A stretch of 64,000 bases of DNA from Octopus vulgaris. Its lineage: Eukaryota. Below are positions 42,664 through 56,154 of this stretch, piece by piece. The notes below the pieces were generated by a model. The model saw only the letters and a program-made list of their open reading frames with translations. It had not been told where the DNA came from and did not search any database. Position 1 is the first letter of the stretch. Every line of letters begins with the position of its first letter. The stretch is from NCBI GenBank assembly GCA_951406725.2, contig OX597829.1, positions 1,984,001 through 2,048,000 of the forward strand. The letters run 5' to 3'. The position numbers were made by a program, and so were the translations under genes.

Positions 42664-43232
42664 TCTCTCTTCTTCTCTCTGTCATACACACACAAACACA
42701 CACCTACACATACACTCACACATATATACGTACATCTACATACATGCATGCATACATATATGCAAATATGCATGTGTTGTTTAACTGTAGTAGTTTGATT
42801 ATGCATACATGTGTGTGTGTGTGTGTGTGTATTATACACGCATACACATGCACACACGCTTGCGTACCCGCCTAATCTAAATAGCAGGATTATTTTATTT
42901 ACAACTATCTATTCTTTTATTTGTTGTTGTTTTTTGTTTGCTTTAGGTTTAGTTTTTTGTGTTTTTTTTTTTTTTACTTAACCTCGTTTTAGTATTGAAG
43001 ACGAAACTACACCGACCATTCCGTTATGTTTTACAATATCACACTACAGTGTCCGGAACTGTTGCGGTTGTCTTTCTTGTTGTGATCTGAGGGAAAATTT
43101 GGTTGTTATTTCTAGCAGGTCATTTGACCAAATGCAAAATTTCCTCATAGTAGCAGAGATAGCATAGCAGCAGTCTGTGGTGTGAAAGCAACGAAAAGAC
43201 TTGAATATAAATCAACGCACATCTGCAGGTGC

Positions 43233-43295
<63 letters not shown>

Positions 43296-44174
43296 CGAGT
43301 GTGGGGTGTGTAAGTGCGCACGCGTGTGTGTTGATATGTAAATGTGTGTCTGTGTAAATATATTCATGTATTTATGCGTGTGTGTATGTGTGTTTGTATG
43401 CATGTATGTATGTACGTACTCGCGTGTTTTTGCGCGTGCATATATATGTATATATATATATATATATGTATACGTGTGCGCATATTGTGTATGTATGTAT
43501 ATATATGTGTGCCTATATAAATTGTATGTATATATATATATATATGCGTGTGCGCATATTGTGTATGTATGTATATATATGTGTGCCTATATATAATTGT
43601 GTGTGTATGCATGTATTTATCACTTTGCATGTATATATATATCTGCGTGTATGTCCATGTATGAGTGTTGAGAGATCAGTGTGTGCTTATATATCCTTAT
43701 ATATCCGTTTGCACGTAGGCCTGTGTATGCGAAAGAAATATGGAGGCCGAATGAGATAGGAGAGAGAGAAAGAGAGAGAAAGCAAGAGAGAGAGAGGGCG
43801 GGAGGGAGAGGGGCCAGAGAGAGGGAGGGAAGGAGGGAGACATCCTCCTGGCTTTCTGATTTATGTGTCAAATCAGCTGTCTTTTACAGACTTTATAGTT
43901 GAAGCCATTGTGATATGATATCTGAGGGCGACGTTCGCGGGAAAAAGGATGGGAGGAGGAGGAGGAAGAGGAGAAGGATGGACAAGGAAATCAAGAAGTG
44001 GGGGGAAGAGATGATGATGGTGAAGAAGAATGAGGAAGCAAACTGGAAGGGATAGAAGGAGGAAAGGTGAGACATTTGGATGTGGACAGAGACAATGAGT
44101 TTTTCAATGAGAAGATTAAGAAGAGAAACAGGAGGTAAGTGAGGGAAGCGAGATAGAGACAGAGAAAGAGAGAG

Positions 44175-44211
<37 letters not shown>

Positions 44212-44584
44212 GTAGACAGACTGATGCATAGATAAATAGATAAAAAAAATTATTCGGAGGAGAGGAAGATTGTATGCAGATGAGAGACTAACAGTGTGAT
44301 AGAGCGATGCTAAAATGGTTTCAAATTTTAGCAGAGGGCCAATTGTTTTGAGGGGTGGGGTAAGTCGATTAGATCGTCTATAGCGCTTGATTGATACTTT
44401 GCCGACCCTGAAATATATAAAAGGTAAAGTCGACCTCAGCTGAATTTGAACTCAGAACATAAATTCTGCCCTCTCACCGCCTTTGGAGAGGGATGCTAAA
44501 ATGAAGAACACAGAAACAGCAGACCTATAATCAAGCATGTTCCTGTCATGCCCAGTCCGCATTTTATACTGGCATTGTCTAAGG

Positions 44585-45153
44585 TAGCGGTTCTCAATCG
44601 GGGTCTATATGGCCCCTGTGGCTCCACATAAGGATGGGGCCACTCAAGCAAAACAGTAAACTGTGGATCCACATTAGTATATTAGGGATCTATGATAAAA
44701 AATTGTTTTAGATATTTTAATTATTGCAAGGCGAGCTGGCAGAAACGTTAGCACGCCGGGTGAAATGCTCAGCGGTATTTCGTCTGTCGTTACGTTCTGA
44801 GTTCGAATTCCGCCGAGGTCGACTTTGCCTTTCATCCTTTCGTGGTCGATAAATAAAGTACCAGTTTCGCACTGGGGTCGATGTAATCGACTTAATCCGT
44901 TTGTCTGTCCTTGTTTGTCCCCTCTGTGTTTAGCTCCTTGTGGGTAGTAAAGAAATATATATTTATTGCAAAAAACAGCCCGGTTTCTTTCTCAAATATT
45001 TTGCATAGTTCAACCTACACAGGATAATGTGTGAAAAACAAAATAGGAACTTTGAGAGTAATACGTATAAACTAGTTTCTAAAGATCGAATGGCTACGAG
45101 GGTCAACAAGAATAAAATTGTCCATAGGTAAAAAAAATAGTTGAGAGCCTCTG
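44585..45153. mobile_element. hAT (Charlie-like) non-autonomous element with nested SINE
   Basis: TIRs tagcggttctcaa / ttgagagcctctg; 8-bp TSD gtctaagg/gtctaaga. Confidence 0.75.
44730..44958 (+). mobile_element. SINE family B nested in the hAT element
   Basis: TSD ttattgcaa at 44721-44729 and 44963-44971. Confidence 0.92.
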
Positions 45154-45265
45154 GTCTAAGACTGCATTATCTATTGCATCGTTTCTTTCAACCTGTAATA
45201 TGCGATTATAAACTCACAAATACTGAATGCACATATGAATATATGGTTGTGTCTTTTATCTCATA

Positions 45266-45635
45266 CTAGCGCTATGACCCGGCATTGCCGGGTCATAGCG
45301 CTAGTGCATGCATATAAAGCTGCATGCGTGCGCACATGCACGCGAGTACTGTCCAAATCTCTGACCAATCACATACAGCTAGCTGGCATTCAATTGGCGT
45401 ATCAAGTTTCGCTCATTTTGATTGGGTTTTGGATAGAAACTTCACAAAAAAGTCACTTCTATTGATTTTTTTAATGGCTTTACGGTGTGACTGGGGAAAT
45501 GTAAAGATATGCACGACCACCCTTGGACGGTTTTGAGTGACCATAGAAAGTGCAAGCCCTCTAACTGAAAAATTGTGGATTTGTATAAAGGATACACAGA
45601 CAGACAGACATTTTGCCTTTGTATATAGAGAGAGA
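45266..45635 (-). mobile_element. Non-autonomous Helitron, copy 1
   Basis: Minus strand 5'-TC..CTAG-3' between A and T, with a terminal hairpin; second copy at 53800-54141. Confidence 0.8.
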
Positions 45636-45642
45636 TATACTA

Positions 45643-46150
45643 TTTACTCTTTTACTCGTCTCAGTCATTTGACTGCAGCCATGCTGGAGCACCGACTTTT
45701 AGTTGAGCAAATCGACCCCAGAACTTATTCTTTGGAAGCCAAGTACTTATTCTATCGGTCTCTTCTGCCGAACTGCTAAGTTACGGGGACGTAAACACAC
45801 CACCATCGGTTATCAAGTGATGTTGGTGGGACAAACACAGACGACGGGCTTCTTTCAGTTTCCGACTACCAAATCCATTCACACGGTTTTGGTCAGCCCG
45901 AGGCTATAGTAGAAGACCCTTGCCCGAGGTGCCACGCAGTGGGACTGACTCCATGACCATGTGATTGGTAAGCAAGCTACTTACCACACAGCCACTTTTT
46001 TATCTCAGTCATCGAACTGCGCCCATGCTGGAGTAATGATATTAAGAGTTTTAAGCAAGCAACTTGAGCCCAGTACGAATTCTATCGGTCTGTTTTGTCC
46101 AACCGCTAGATTAAACAAACTAACACTAGCTTTCAAGCAGTGGTTAGAAG
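45643..46150 (-). mobile_element. SINE family A (microsatellite deleted) plus a diverged tail fragment
   Basis: Reverse complement of family A. Confidence 0.85.
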
Positions 46151-46177
46151 CAAACACATGTATCTGCGTATATGCTT

Positions 46178-46252
<75 letters not shown>

Positions 46253-46267
46253 AAATATATATATATA

Positions 46268-46500
46268 CAGGGTTGGCCAAAAGTCAACCGACAGTAAATC
46301 AAAATTCCATAAATACTTAATATTCAATTTTATTTATTTTACTTATTCATTCCAATTATGGATGTTTAATAATTGAATGTTGTGAATTAAAATCACCGTT
46401 TATTTAGATGCTTTTATTAAATTCATTCTGTTGTTAAACATCAATAAATCTTGGAGTAAATGATTTTGAATTACTGTTAGGTGACTTTTGGCCAACCTTG
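46268..46500. mobile_element. Tc1/mariner MITE
   Basis: TIRs cagggttggccaaaagtca / tgacttttggccaaccttg; TA TSD. Confidence 0.88.
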
Positions 46501-47147
46501 TATAATATATGAACTATATATATATATATGTGTGTGTATGTGTGTGTGTGTGTGTGTGTGTGTAAGTATGTATTTATGTATGTATGTTGTATATATGAAT
46601 ACATATATATATATATATATGCATGTATGTATGTATATATATTTGTGTGCATATGTATCTGTGTGTGTGTGTGTGTGTGTGCGTGTGCGAGCGCCTTTAT
46701 GTGCGTTGCATTTTTCTATATGCGCAGGAACAGAATTTCTGGGTTAGTTTCAAATGGTCAGGACAATATTTGCCACTGAAGAAGCAAAATCACATCGAAA
46801 CAGCGGGTCTAGTAGGTTCACTGACGTCACTTGAAGCTCAGCATGCTATATGCTTACTCACTAAGTCTAGAGAGATGAAATTTTGCTCCAATACAAAATT
46901 CTGCAGCGAATGTTTTTCACTTCTTAATTTACACATCTAGTGCACCCATCTTTATTCACATATTCGCCGTTTTGTGTGCGTATCATGTTCATTTATTCTT
47001 TTACATGTTTCAACCCTATGGCTGGTTCTTAATACACACACACACACACATATATAGATAGAGAGAGAGAGAGTGAGAGAATGAGAGAGCGGTGACAAAT
47101 AGAAGAAGAGAAAGAGAAAGCATGTGTATGAGTGTGTGTTGTGTGTA

Positions 47148-47192
<45 letters not shown>

Positions 47193-47369
47193 GAGAAAGA
47201 GCGGGAGACCAAAATATAATCTGATTTTCAAGAAGTAGGAAATCAATTTATATCTATTTATATAACAAATTGAAGAGAAATGCACGCCTGCGCACATACA
47301 CTCACGCATATGCGGAGAGGGAGAGAGAGGAGAGAGAGAGATGTATGTATGGATGTGTATGTGTGTATG

Positions 47370-47458
<89 letters not shown>

Positions 47459-47640
47459 ATGTATGTATGCATGCATGTATGCATGTATGTATGTATGTAT
47501 GTATGTATGTATGTATTATTGTATGTAAGTATGTATGTATGTATGTATGTATGTATGTATGTATGTATGTATGTATGTATGTATTATTGTATGTATGTAT
47601 GTATGTATGTATGTATGTATGTTTGCATGTATGTATATAG

Positions 47641-47769
47641 TAATAATAATAATAATCTAAGGAAGGAATTCATAAATATTTTAATGTATCGCCACGCGCC
47701 CGTTTCGCGTGATTCGTGGAAACGTACGTAGCGATACATTAAAATATTTATGAATTCCATCCTTGGATT

Positions 47770-47780
<11 letters not shown>
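47641..47780. repeat. ~140-bp palindrome containing a hammerhead 3' half
   Basis: ggaattcataaatattttaatgtatcgc / gcgatacattaaaatatttatgaattcc; GAAA-cguacg-UA at 47719-47730. Confidence 0.85.
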
Positions 47781-48141
<361 letters not shown>

Positions 48142-48143
<2 letters not shown>

Positions 48144-48770
48144 TATACACTCAACAGATTAGACTGTTGGAAAATAAAAGAATCCTAATATTAGGCTACA
48201 ACGAGTAGCCTTAGATGCCAAGAACCTTCCTAAGTATCCTAGCTATCTTTAATAACATTGTTTTTTGGGATCTAACTGGGTTTTATGCCTATTTCCTCTA
48301 TCCGTCTGTTCAGATCTTTAGGGATAGTTCCCGATGCACCTATAACTACTGGGATACATTTTACCCGCACTTTCCATAGTCTCTGTAATTCAATAGCTGG
48401 GTCCTGGTACTTTGCGATTTTTTCTATACTTCTCATATTGATTTTTTCATCATTTGTGACTGTAAAGTCAATTATCTGGCCCTTACTATTCTCCTTATCT
48501 CTACTACCAGATCAGGCATTCTAACTTCTATTACTCTGTCAGTCTGAGTGTGAAAGTCCGACAACGTCTTGTATTTCTTACTTTCTTGTACTTTACTAGG
48601 TTCATCTTCATACCATTTATCAGTATGGTCAAATTTTAGGTTTCTACATTGCTCACCCTAGGTTGCTATGTCTTTCCTTTGTATTCTTTCTATATGAGTA
48701 ACGCTTTCCGCTTTTGATTTGCATAATCTACATTGGGAATTCCCTTGTTTTTTTTTTATCTATCTTGGCT
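48142..48770 (-). mobile_element. R4/Dong-clade 3' fragment (CCHC plus restriction-like endonuclease)
   Basis: CRLCKSKAESVTHI, TDRVIEVRMPDLVV, EKIAKYQDPAIELQRLWKV..IPVVIGASGTIP, ARILRKVLGI*. Confidence 0.88.
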
Positions 48771-48792
48771 TATTATTACTATCATTATTATT

Positions 48793-49226
48793 TTCTCTTT
48801 ACCACAAGCTTTGTTGAAGCTTCAAGAGTCTTGCATGCTTAGCATGTGTACTACCTGTGGCCTACGGTATCATGCTATCCTTTCTTTTCAGCTATCTAAT
48901 ACTTTCCTGATTATTCTGGCCGAGCCTTTTGTAACAGTTTTACTGGGCACTCTATTCCAATTTCCTTTATATTCCCCTTAATGCCTTCTGATACTGTTCC
49001 CAAGGACCCAACAATAATTGGCACTATCTTTACCTTCATTTTCCATTGCCGGGCTATTTCGTACTTAAGAGGGTTGTATCTGTCAATCTTTTCGCCTTCC
49101 TTCTTGACTATTCGTGGTTCAGAGGGGCATGTAATGTTAACTCTATAGCATATGTTGTGCACCTTGTCCACCACCACTAGGTCCGGGTTGTTATGCTCTA
49201 GCACCTGATCTGTTTAGATTGGGAAA
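48793..49226 (-). mobile_element. R4/Dong-clade 3' fragment (restriction-like endonuclease), second family
   Basis: HNNPDLVVVDK..EKIDRYNPLKYEIARQWKMKVKIVPIIVGSLGTV; same family as 63666-64000. Confidence 0.88.
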
Positions 49227-50134
49227 TAAGTTTTGACTCTAACGTATAACTACTGGAATTTAGAATGAGTGAGATGATAATGGTTTTCAGTGAAGATTTT
49301 ACAGTGAGTAGCTTATTTGAAACAATAACATTGGACAAAATATCGGGGGAATATTCTGCATAAAGAATATATAGCTTATTTAATATATATTTCGTTGAAG
49401 TCAGAGTTTAACCCCAGGTAAACCTGATTCCAGTATATCTATGATGAACTTATTCTAGCTGTGACCATTCATGTTTTGTTTTAACAAAGTGAATCTAGTA
49501 CACCGTTATCTAATATATAATATACTAGTGACTATCAGTGTCTATTGTTGTCTAGTCCCACATCAGTCGTGATCCAAGAGACTTATGATCAAAGTGGTTC
49601 CAGCTGTGACCGTCCAGTCTTTTATTTGGGCATAGTGTCTCTAAGACTATATCATATAATGCATTGCATGGTGAAGAGTATTATTGAATGTTAAATTTTC
49701 ACAACCCATTGCTCCGAGTTTGTCTTCGGACGATTATGGTAAAATGGAAGCTGAAAATGGAACCTATTTCCCATAAATACTTCAATTTATGTCACGGCTT
49801 ATAACCACACAAGAGCTTGTCTTCTTATAAGCAAACACATTTTGAAATTTCTCAACTACACTGCAAAAATAACATTGTTTCTCAACCTTGTATCTGGTTT
49901 ACTGAAAGTTCCTTTAAAACAAGAGAATTTAACATATCCATACGTTTAAAAATCTAAAAGACACGATTGAGCTTTGCCCGAATGAATTAGGTCACTGAAG
50001 AACACAAGTGACACTGCTTTTCAAAGTCCCTATTTCTAACACTATTGAATGTATATAATCTCTATCTCGTTTAGTTCCTTGCCATTTTCCTTCTACATGA
50101 GGTAGGGAGAGCAGTTCAGAAACTCAGTTTACTA

Positions 50135-50382
50135 TTGGGTTGGTACATAATTATTGCGGCCATTTTTCAACAAATTTTATTCAACAAAAACAATAACAAT
50201 ATTTAACAAAATCATCTTTAAATGACGGTCTGACCGTCGTCAAGCAAATAGGAAACGGTAACTGAAGTAGATGGTGAATATACTCCGGAATAATCATTTA
50301 ATGATGTTTTTGTTACATAATGTTATTGTTTTTGTTGAATAAAATTTGTTGAAAAACCCGCAATAATTATGAACCAACCCAA
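50135..50382 (+). mobile_element. mariner MITE (internal-deletion derivative)
   Basis: Long TIRs ttgggttggtacataattattgcgg / ccgcaataattatgaaccaacccaa, TA TSD; internal EVDGEY..* matches a mariner transposase C-terminus. Confidence 0.88.
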
Positions 50383-50542
50383 TAATTTAAAAACTAGAAA
50401 CAACTAATTAACTAACTAACTTAATAAATAAATAGGAAATAGATTTGTAAAGTATTAATGGTTGACGACAAGCATCATGCTTGAAACTCGAGATTACCAA
50501 CGAATATGAATCAAGCTGTATTGATCCATATATATGTGTATG

Positions 50543-50573
<31 letters not shown>

Positions 50574-50711
50574 AAGTGTGTGTGTGTATGTGTAACAATT
50601 TAAAGATAATGGTCATTACATATTCCTTTATTGGAACAAATTTGGCTTATAGCTGTTTCGAGTAGTCAGTATAGGTCTTGAACAAAACGAATATGAATCA
50701 AGCTGTATTGA

Positions 50712-50777
<66 letters not shown>

Positions 50778-50782
<5 letters not shown>

Positions 50783-51462
50783 AAAGTAACTCCCTATTTT
50801 AAAATGCTTATAATTTATTTATTAATAATAATTTTTTTCTCAAGTTTGTTGTGTATGTTCTTTGTTGTATTTTTTCAGATCGATTATTTTTTTGAAATTT
50901 AGGATCCCTACAAACATGGCTGGATGTTTTACTGTGCAGGAGCGTGCCCAACTAGCTGCGCATTACGAAGTTTGGAGATCAGTTGTTCAAGTGCAAAGAT
51001 GGTGGAGGACCATTAGAGAAAGACATGCTCAAGTTGATGCAAAGAATTGTCATGCAAAATTCATGACTACAGGATTTGTAGCTGATACTTGAAGTGGTCG
51101 TCCTTCCAATTCCTCAAGGTCCACATGACTGGCTGGCCAGAAGCCCTGATTTAACACCCTGCGACTGTTTTCTTTGGGGTTGGTTAAAGGAAGACGTCTT
51201 CTCTATCAAACCAATAACTTTGGAAGAACTTGAAGGGTGAATACGAGAAGTTATGTCTTTCATTCCACAAGACTTCCTGATGAAATCAGTTGATGTGTTT
51301 CCCAGGCGGCGTCAGAAGCTGGTGGTGAATGCTGATGCCTATATCAAATTTTAAATAAAATTCCATGCTATACACTTTCTTTACATATTCTTTTTTTCCC
51401 AAAATTATAGTTAATAAATAAATTATAAGTATTTTAAAATAGGGAGTTACTTTCCAATCACC

Positions 51463-51465
<3 letters not shown>
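50778..51465 (+). mobile_element. Internally deleted Tc1/mariner transposon (rosa/DD41D-like)
   Basis: ~45-bp TIRs, right end ccctg|TA; N-terminal HTH MAGCFTVQERAQL..SGRP joined to WLARSPDLTPCDCFLWGWLK. Confidence 0.88.
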
Positions 51466-51505
<40 letters not shown>

Positions 51506-51945
51506 TATATTATATATATATATATATATCAATTGAGAAACATTGAACGACCTAAGAAAAGTTATGTTACTTTCCTCAGAGCCATTTCTGGTTATAACAA
51601 GCAGAACACTGAAGGAATGGTTATTGTGTGGGGAAGCGAGGAGGAGAAGATGGAAAGATGCAAATAGAATAGAGAACAGAGGAAGACAGGTTACGAAGAG
51701 GTGGAGAAGAGTCACTTAATAGAATTGTGATGAGCTATAACCTTGGACCCTGCCATAAGTATACCTGGAATTCTTTACTAATTTAAATAATATTGTTAGT
51801 CTGGCGTACCATCAGAGAGCTTATGAAGTATTTTGCCTGGATTGATAAATCTTCACTCTTAGCTCTATACATATATACATACATACATGCATACACACAC
51901 ACACACATATGTATATATATATGAAAGTATATGTATATATATATA

Positions 51946-51983
<38 letters not shown>

Positions 51984-51984
<1 letters not shown>

Positions 51985-53270
51985 TAGCAAACGCACTCGT
52001 CCTTTGGACGGTTTAAGTTACTTTCTTGGTATTTTTTTCACCAATTGAACTACCGAGAAGGTTTATGTGTAGCATGGCAATCTGTTTCCGATTAACCTAG
52101 GAACGGAAAATCGAATTGAAGGCTGGTTATTGTGGAGGTCGTTGCACTTTGATTATCATAGAACATATAAGTTTGCAAGCGATGCAAAGCAGAGCTACTG
52201 AACTGTTTTGGGAGTAGATTACGGATAATGACTACAAAATATAGTTGTTTTACATGAAAGCGAAATTCCTTGTCAGAAACAGCCACATAAATGGTGTAAG
52301 GAAATTGAAGGAAGATGTTGAAACTTCCCCTCTGCGAGTTTATTTTTTTCAACAGAAAAAGGGAGCTATTTTTTTCGGAGAGAAAATCTAACAAAAGCCC
52401 CTTTATTCTATCTTCCCACATAGCGTGTACATAAACTAACAGCGAATGCTGCATAAAGTTAAATTGGTATGGAGCTTCCTGAAAGATACCTTTAAATTTT
52501 CGCTAGTGGAAGCAAACTTCTTATTTTAAGTTTGAATCTTTGGAACGAATCATATGTGAGTGTTTAAAAAAGGCTAGAATGGCAATGCTAAACAGTATTT
52601 GAAACAATGGACAGCAGTCGAAATATCATAATGGCTGGGTAAAGAAGCATCCTTAAAATGAAACAACGGTATCAAAGGCAAAAAAAAGGTATCAACAATC
52701 AGAAGAGAGGAAAGGGAACATCACCTTTCAAGTAACTCAGAATAGGTAAAGGTAAGCTTGCCAAAGTTTAATGCAGTTTTAATATGTAGATTAAGATAGT
52801 TTGGTATTGGATATTCATCATGTATAGTTTTCCTAGTCAACTGAATCACCGTCGTAAATGGACAGCAGAAATAAATAGAAGAAATCCTTTCACTTTTATA
52901 CAAAGATTAAAAAGAAAATGAGGGCAAAAAGCACTCGTTTTTTCACAATGGAAAATCGTTTCCTAGTAGCCGGAATTTCACGACAAAATGTATGTTTATT
53001 AAGTACAACAGCCTGCAATGCATGCCGCTCGGCATTAAAAGCCAATCGCACAAACCTAGAGGGTTTCTGGGCCCCCTTAAATCTATAAAAAATCACACTT
53101 TTTGCCATAGCAACCACATCCTTATAGCTTGCGAATTTTAACCATCGCGGGTCTCATCCTCACCACGCATTTAGTATCCCTGCCAATTTTCAACTCGATC
53201 CTAGCCTCTGTTTGGCCGCCATTAACGGTCAAAGCAAAATGTGCATACAATTTTCGTCCAAGGACTGTTT

Positions 53271-53278
<8 letters not shown>
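51984..53278 (-). mobile_element. Degraded Helitron with Rep-region remnants
   Basis: 3' CTAG at 51984-87 with a cgtcc/ggacg hairpin. Minus-strand echoes TIHDEYP..L.LHI, IFQEA and KQLYFVVII..LP appear in Helitron order. Confidence 0.55.
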
Positions 53279-53301
<23 letters not shown>

Positions 53302-53799
53302 ATTTGTGTAAGTGTGTGTGTATTTGTGTAAGTGTGTGTGTGTGTTTGTGTTTAAATGAGTGTGAGTGTAGGAAGAATGAGTTCTCGTCCCCTGTTCGTC
53401 ACTAAGGTAACTGCATCCTCAGCATTTCGAATGATAACCGTGATTTCAATGTCATTGAAAGTTACACCCGGTCCATCTACAATGGGTTAATTAAATTCTA
53501 TTTATACGAAATGCATATATTTCATTGGGATTTTAGATTTTTTCCGTTCTAAAATTTATGCTAATCGCTTACAAAGTAACAGGACACTTTTATTTAAGTC
53601 AAGACTGCTCTTGAGGTTTGTGGTTATCAGAATTCGATTATGCCTGCAAACATGTGTGTATGTGCTGTAAATATACGCGTACATGTGGGTAAACTTGCCC
53701 TTCTGTAGTGAGGGTGCACGTCCCGTTAGTATACAAGTCTGCGTGCTCTGTTGTACTTTATGTGTGTACGTGTATATATATATGTATTTTATACGAAAA

Positions 53800-54141
53800 C
53801 TAGCATTGTGACCCGGAAGCATATGCAGCTGAATGCGTGCGCACATGCACGCGAGTATTGCCCAAATCTCCGACCAATCACATACAGCTAGCTGGCATTC
53901 AATTGGTGTATCAAGATTGGGCATTTTGATTGGGTTTTGGATAGAAAATTCACAAAAAAGTCACTTCTATTTATTTTTTAATGGCTTTGCGAGGTGACTG
54001 GGGAAATGTAAAGATTTTCTCGACCACCCTTGGACGGTTTTGAATGACCATAGAAAGTGTGAGCCCTCTAACTGAAAAATTGTGGATTTGTATAAAGGAC
54101 ACACATACAGACAGACATTTTGCCGTTTATATATAGAGAGA
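53800..54141 (-). mobile_element. Non-autonomous Helitron, copy 2
   Basis: Colinear with 45266-45635; one hairpin arm is missing. Confidence 0.8.
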
Positions 54142-54305
54142 TAGGACCGTGTGCATATGTTCATCCAACAAATTCAAATGGAGAATCCCTTGAATGTTTT
54201 ACACATTTTCGCTCTATCAGGAATCGATTGTATCTGAAGAATATGAATCAGTCTGTTCTGTTCTTTTTGGAGAACACAAACATTCCTATTTTTATATGCA
54301 GATCT

Positions 54306-54537
54306 TATTTCTTTATTGCCCACAAAGGGCTAAACATAGAGGGGACAAAGAAGGAGACACAAACGGATTAAGTCAAATCACATCGACCCCAGTGCGTAAC
54401 TGGTTCTATATTTATCGACCCCGAAAAGATGAAAAGTAAAGTCGACCTTGGCGGAATTTGAACTCAGAACGTAACGGCAGGCGAAATACTGCTAAGCATT
54501 TCGCCCGGCGTGCTAACGTTTCTGCCAGCATATCACC
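54306..54537 (-). mobile_element. SINE family B
   Basis: Reverse complement of family B. Confidence 0.88.
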
Positions 54538-54744
54538 ATCATTTTTTATATTTTTATATGCAGGTCTGTTGTTACGTAACCCCATGAAGCTATGAGGATA
54601 GGTTATTCTGGAGAAGTAGAGTCTCGCTATCAAATGTGTAGGTTTCTCATCAGTTCTCCATTAATGTTCCCTTTTCCCCACAATTTTTGAATGACAAACG
54701 TATCCGCTGGCGAGCTGTGTACGACAGTGCTTAACTGTCATTCG

Positions 54745-54896
54745 TATGTATGCATGTATGTATGTGTGTATGTATGTATGTATGCATGTATGTATGTTTG
54801 TATGTATGTGTGTATGTATGTGTGTGTGTATGTATGTATGTATGTATGTATGTATGTATGTATGTATGTGTGTATGTATGTGTGTATGTATGTATG

Positions 54897-54930
<34 letters not shown>

Positions 54931-55326
54931 TGTATGCATGTATGTATGTGTGTATGTATGTATGTATGTATATATGTATGTATGTATGTATGTGTGTATG
55001 TATGTGTGTATGTATGTATGTATGCATGTATGTATGTGTGTATGTATGCATGTATGTATGTATGTATCTATGTATGTATGTGTATGTATGTGTGTATGTA
55101 TGTATGTATGTATATATGCATGTATGTATGTATGTATGTATGTATGTGTGTGTGTATGTATGTGTGTATGTATGTGTGTATGTATGTATGTATATATGTA
55201 TGTATGTATGTATGTATGTGTGTATGTATGCATGTGTGTATGTATGTATGTATGTATGTATGTATGCATGTATGTATGTATGTATGTGTGTATGTATGTG
55301 TGTATGTATGTGTGTATGTATGTATG

Positions 55327-55359
<33 letters not shown>

Positions 55360-55660
55360 GTGTATGTATGCATGTGTGTATGTATGTATGTATGTATGTA
55401 TGTTTGTATGTGTGTATGTATGCATGTATGTATGTACATATGTATGTATGCATGTATGTATGTTTGTATGTATGTGTGTATGTATGTGTGTATGTATGTA
55501 TGTGTGTATGTGTGTATGCATGCATGCATCTGTGTATGCATGCATGTATGTATGTATGTATGTATGTATGTATGTATGTATGTACGTATGTATGTATGTA
55601 TTTATGTATGTGTATGTATGTATATTTATGTATGTACGTACGTATATATGTATCTATGTA
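54745..55660. repeat. (TATG)n microsatellite, ~900 bp
   Basis: Direct reading; source of the longest spurious ORFs. Confidence 0.97.
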
Positions 55661-56061
55661 AACTGGAGCAACGTGAAATAAAGTTTCTTGCTCAAAGACA
55701 CAACACACCGCCAAATACCCTAACCACTAAGCCACGCACTTTCTCGCATGGTTTAGTGGTTAGTGTATTCGGTTCGCGTTCGTAAGACCGTGAGTTCGAT
55801 TCCTGATGCGCGCTGCTTCTTTGAGCAACACACTTTATTTTACATTGCTCAAGACCACGCAGCTGGCAAAAATAAGTTCTATTTGTATTTCAAAGGGCCA
55901 GCCTTGTCACATTTTGTGACAGGCTAAATTTCCCCGAGAACTACGTTAAGGGTACACGTGCCTGTGGGGTGCTCAGCCACTTGTACGTTAATTTCATGAG
56001 TAGATTGTTCTGTTGATTCGATCAACTGGAACACACATCATCGTAACCGACAGAATGCCAA
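55661..56061. mobile_element. Head-to-head SINE pair: fragment on minus (55661-55737) and family-C-related SINE on plus (55746-56061)
   Basis: taaccactaagccacgc / gcatggtttagtggtta; B box gagttcgattcc. Confidence 0.75.
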
Positions 56062-56154
56062 TTATATGTAAGTATGTAGCTGTGTGTATGTATGACATGA
56101 CTGCATCCGTCCTTGACGCACCGTTCAATCAATCATGGATTTCATTGGTTTATT

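Noticed and set aside
54661-55785. Longest ORFs (294-364 aa) and all similar [12 protein letters not shown] ORFs
   Set aside because: Stop-free translations of (TATG)n, (TA)n and (CA)n microsatellites, open in several frames on both strands.
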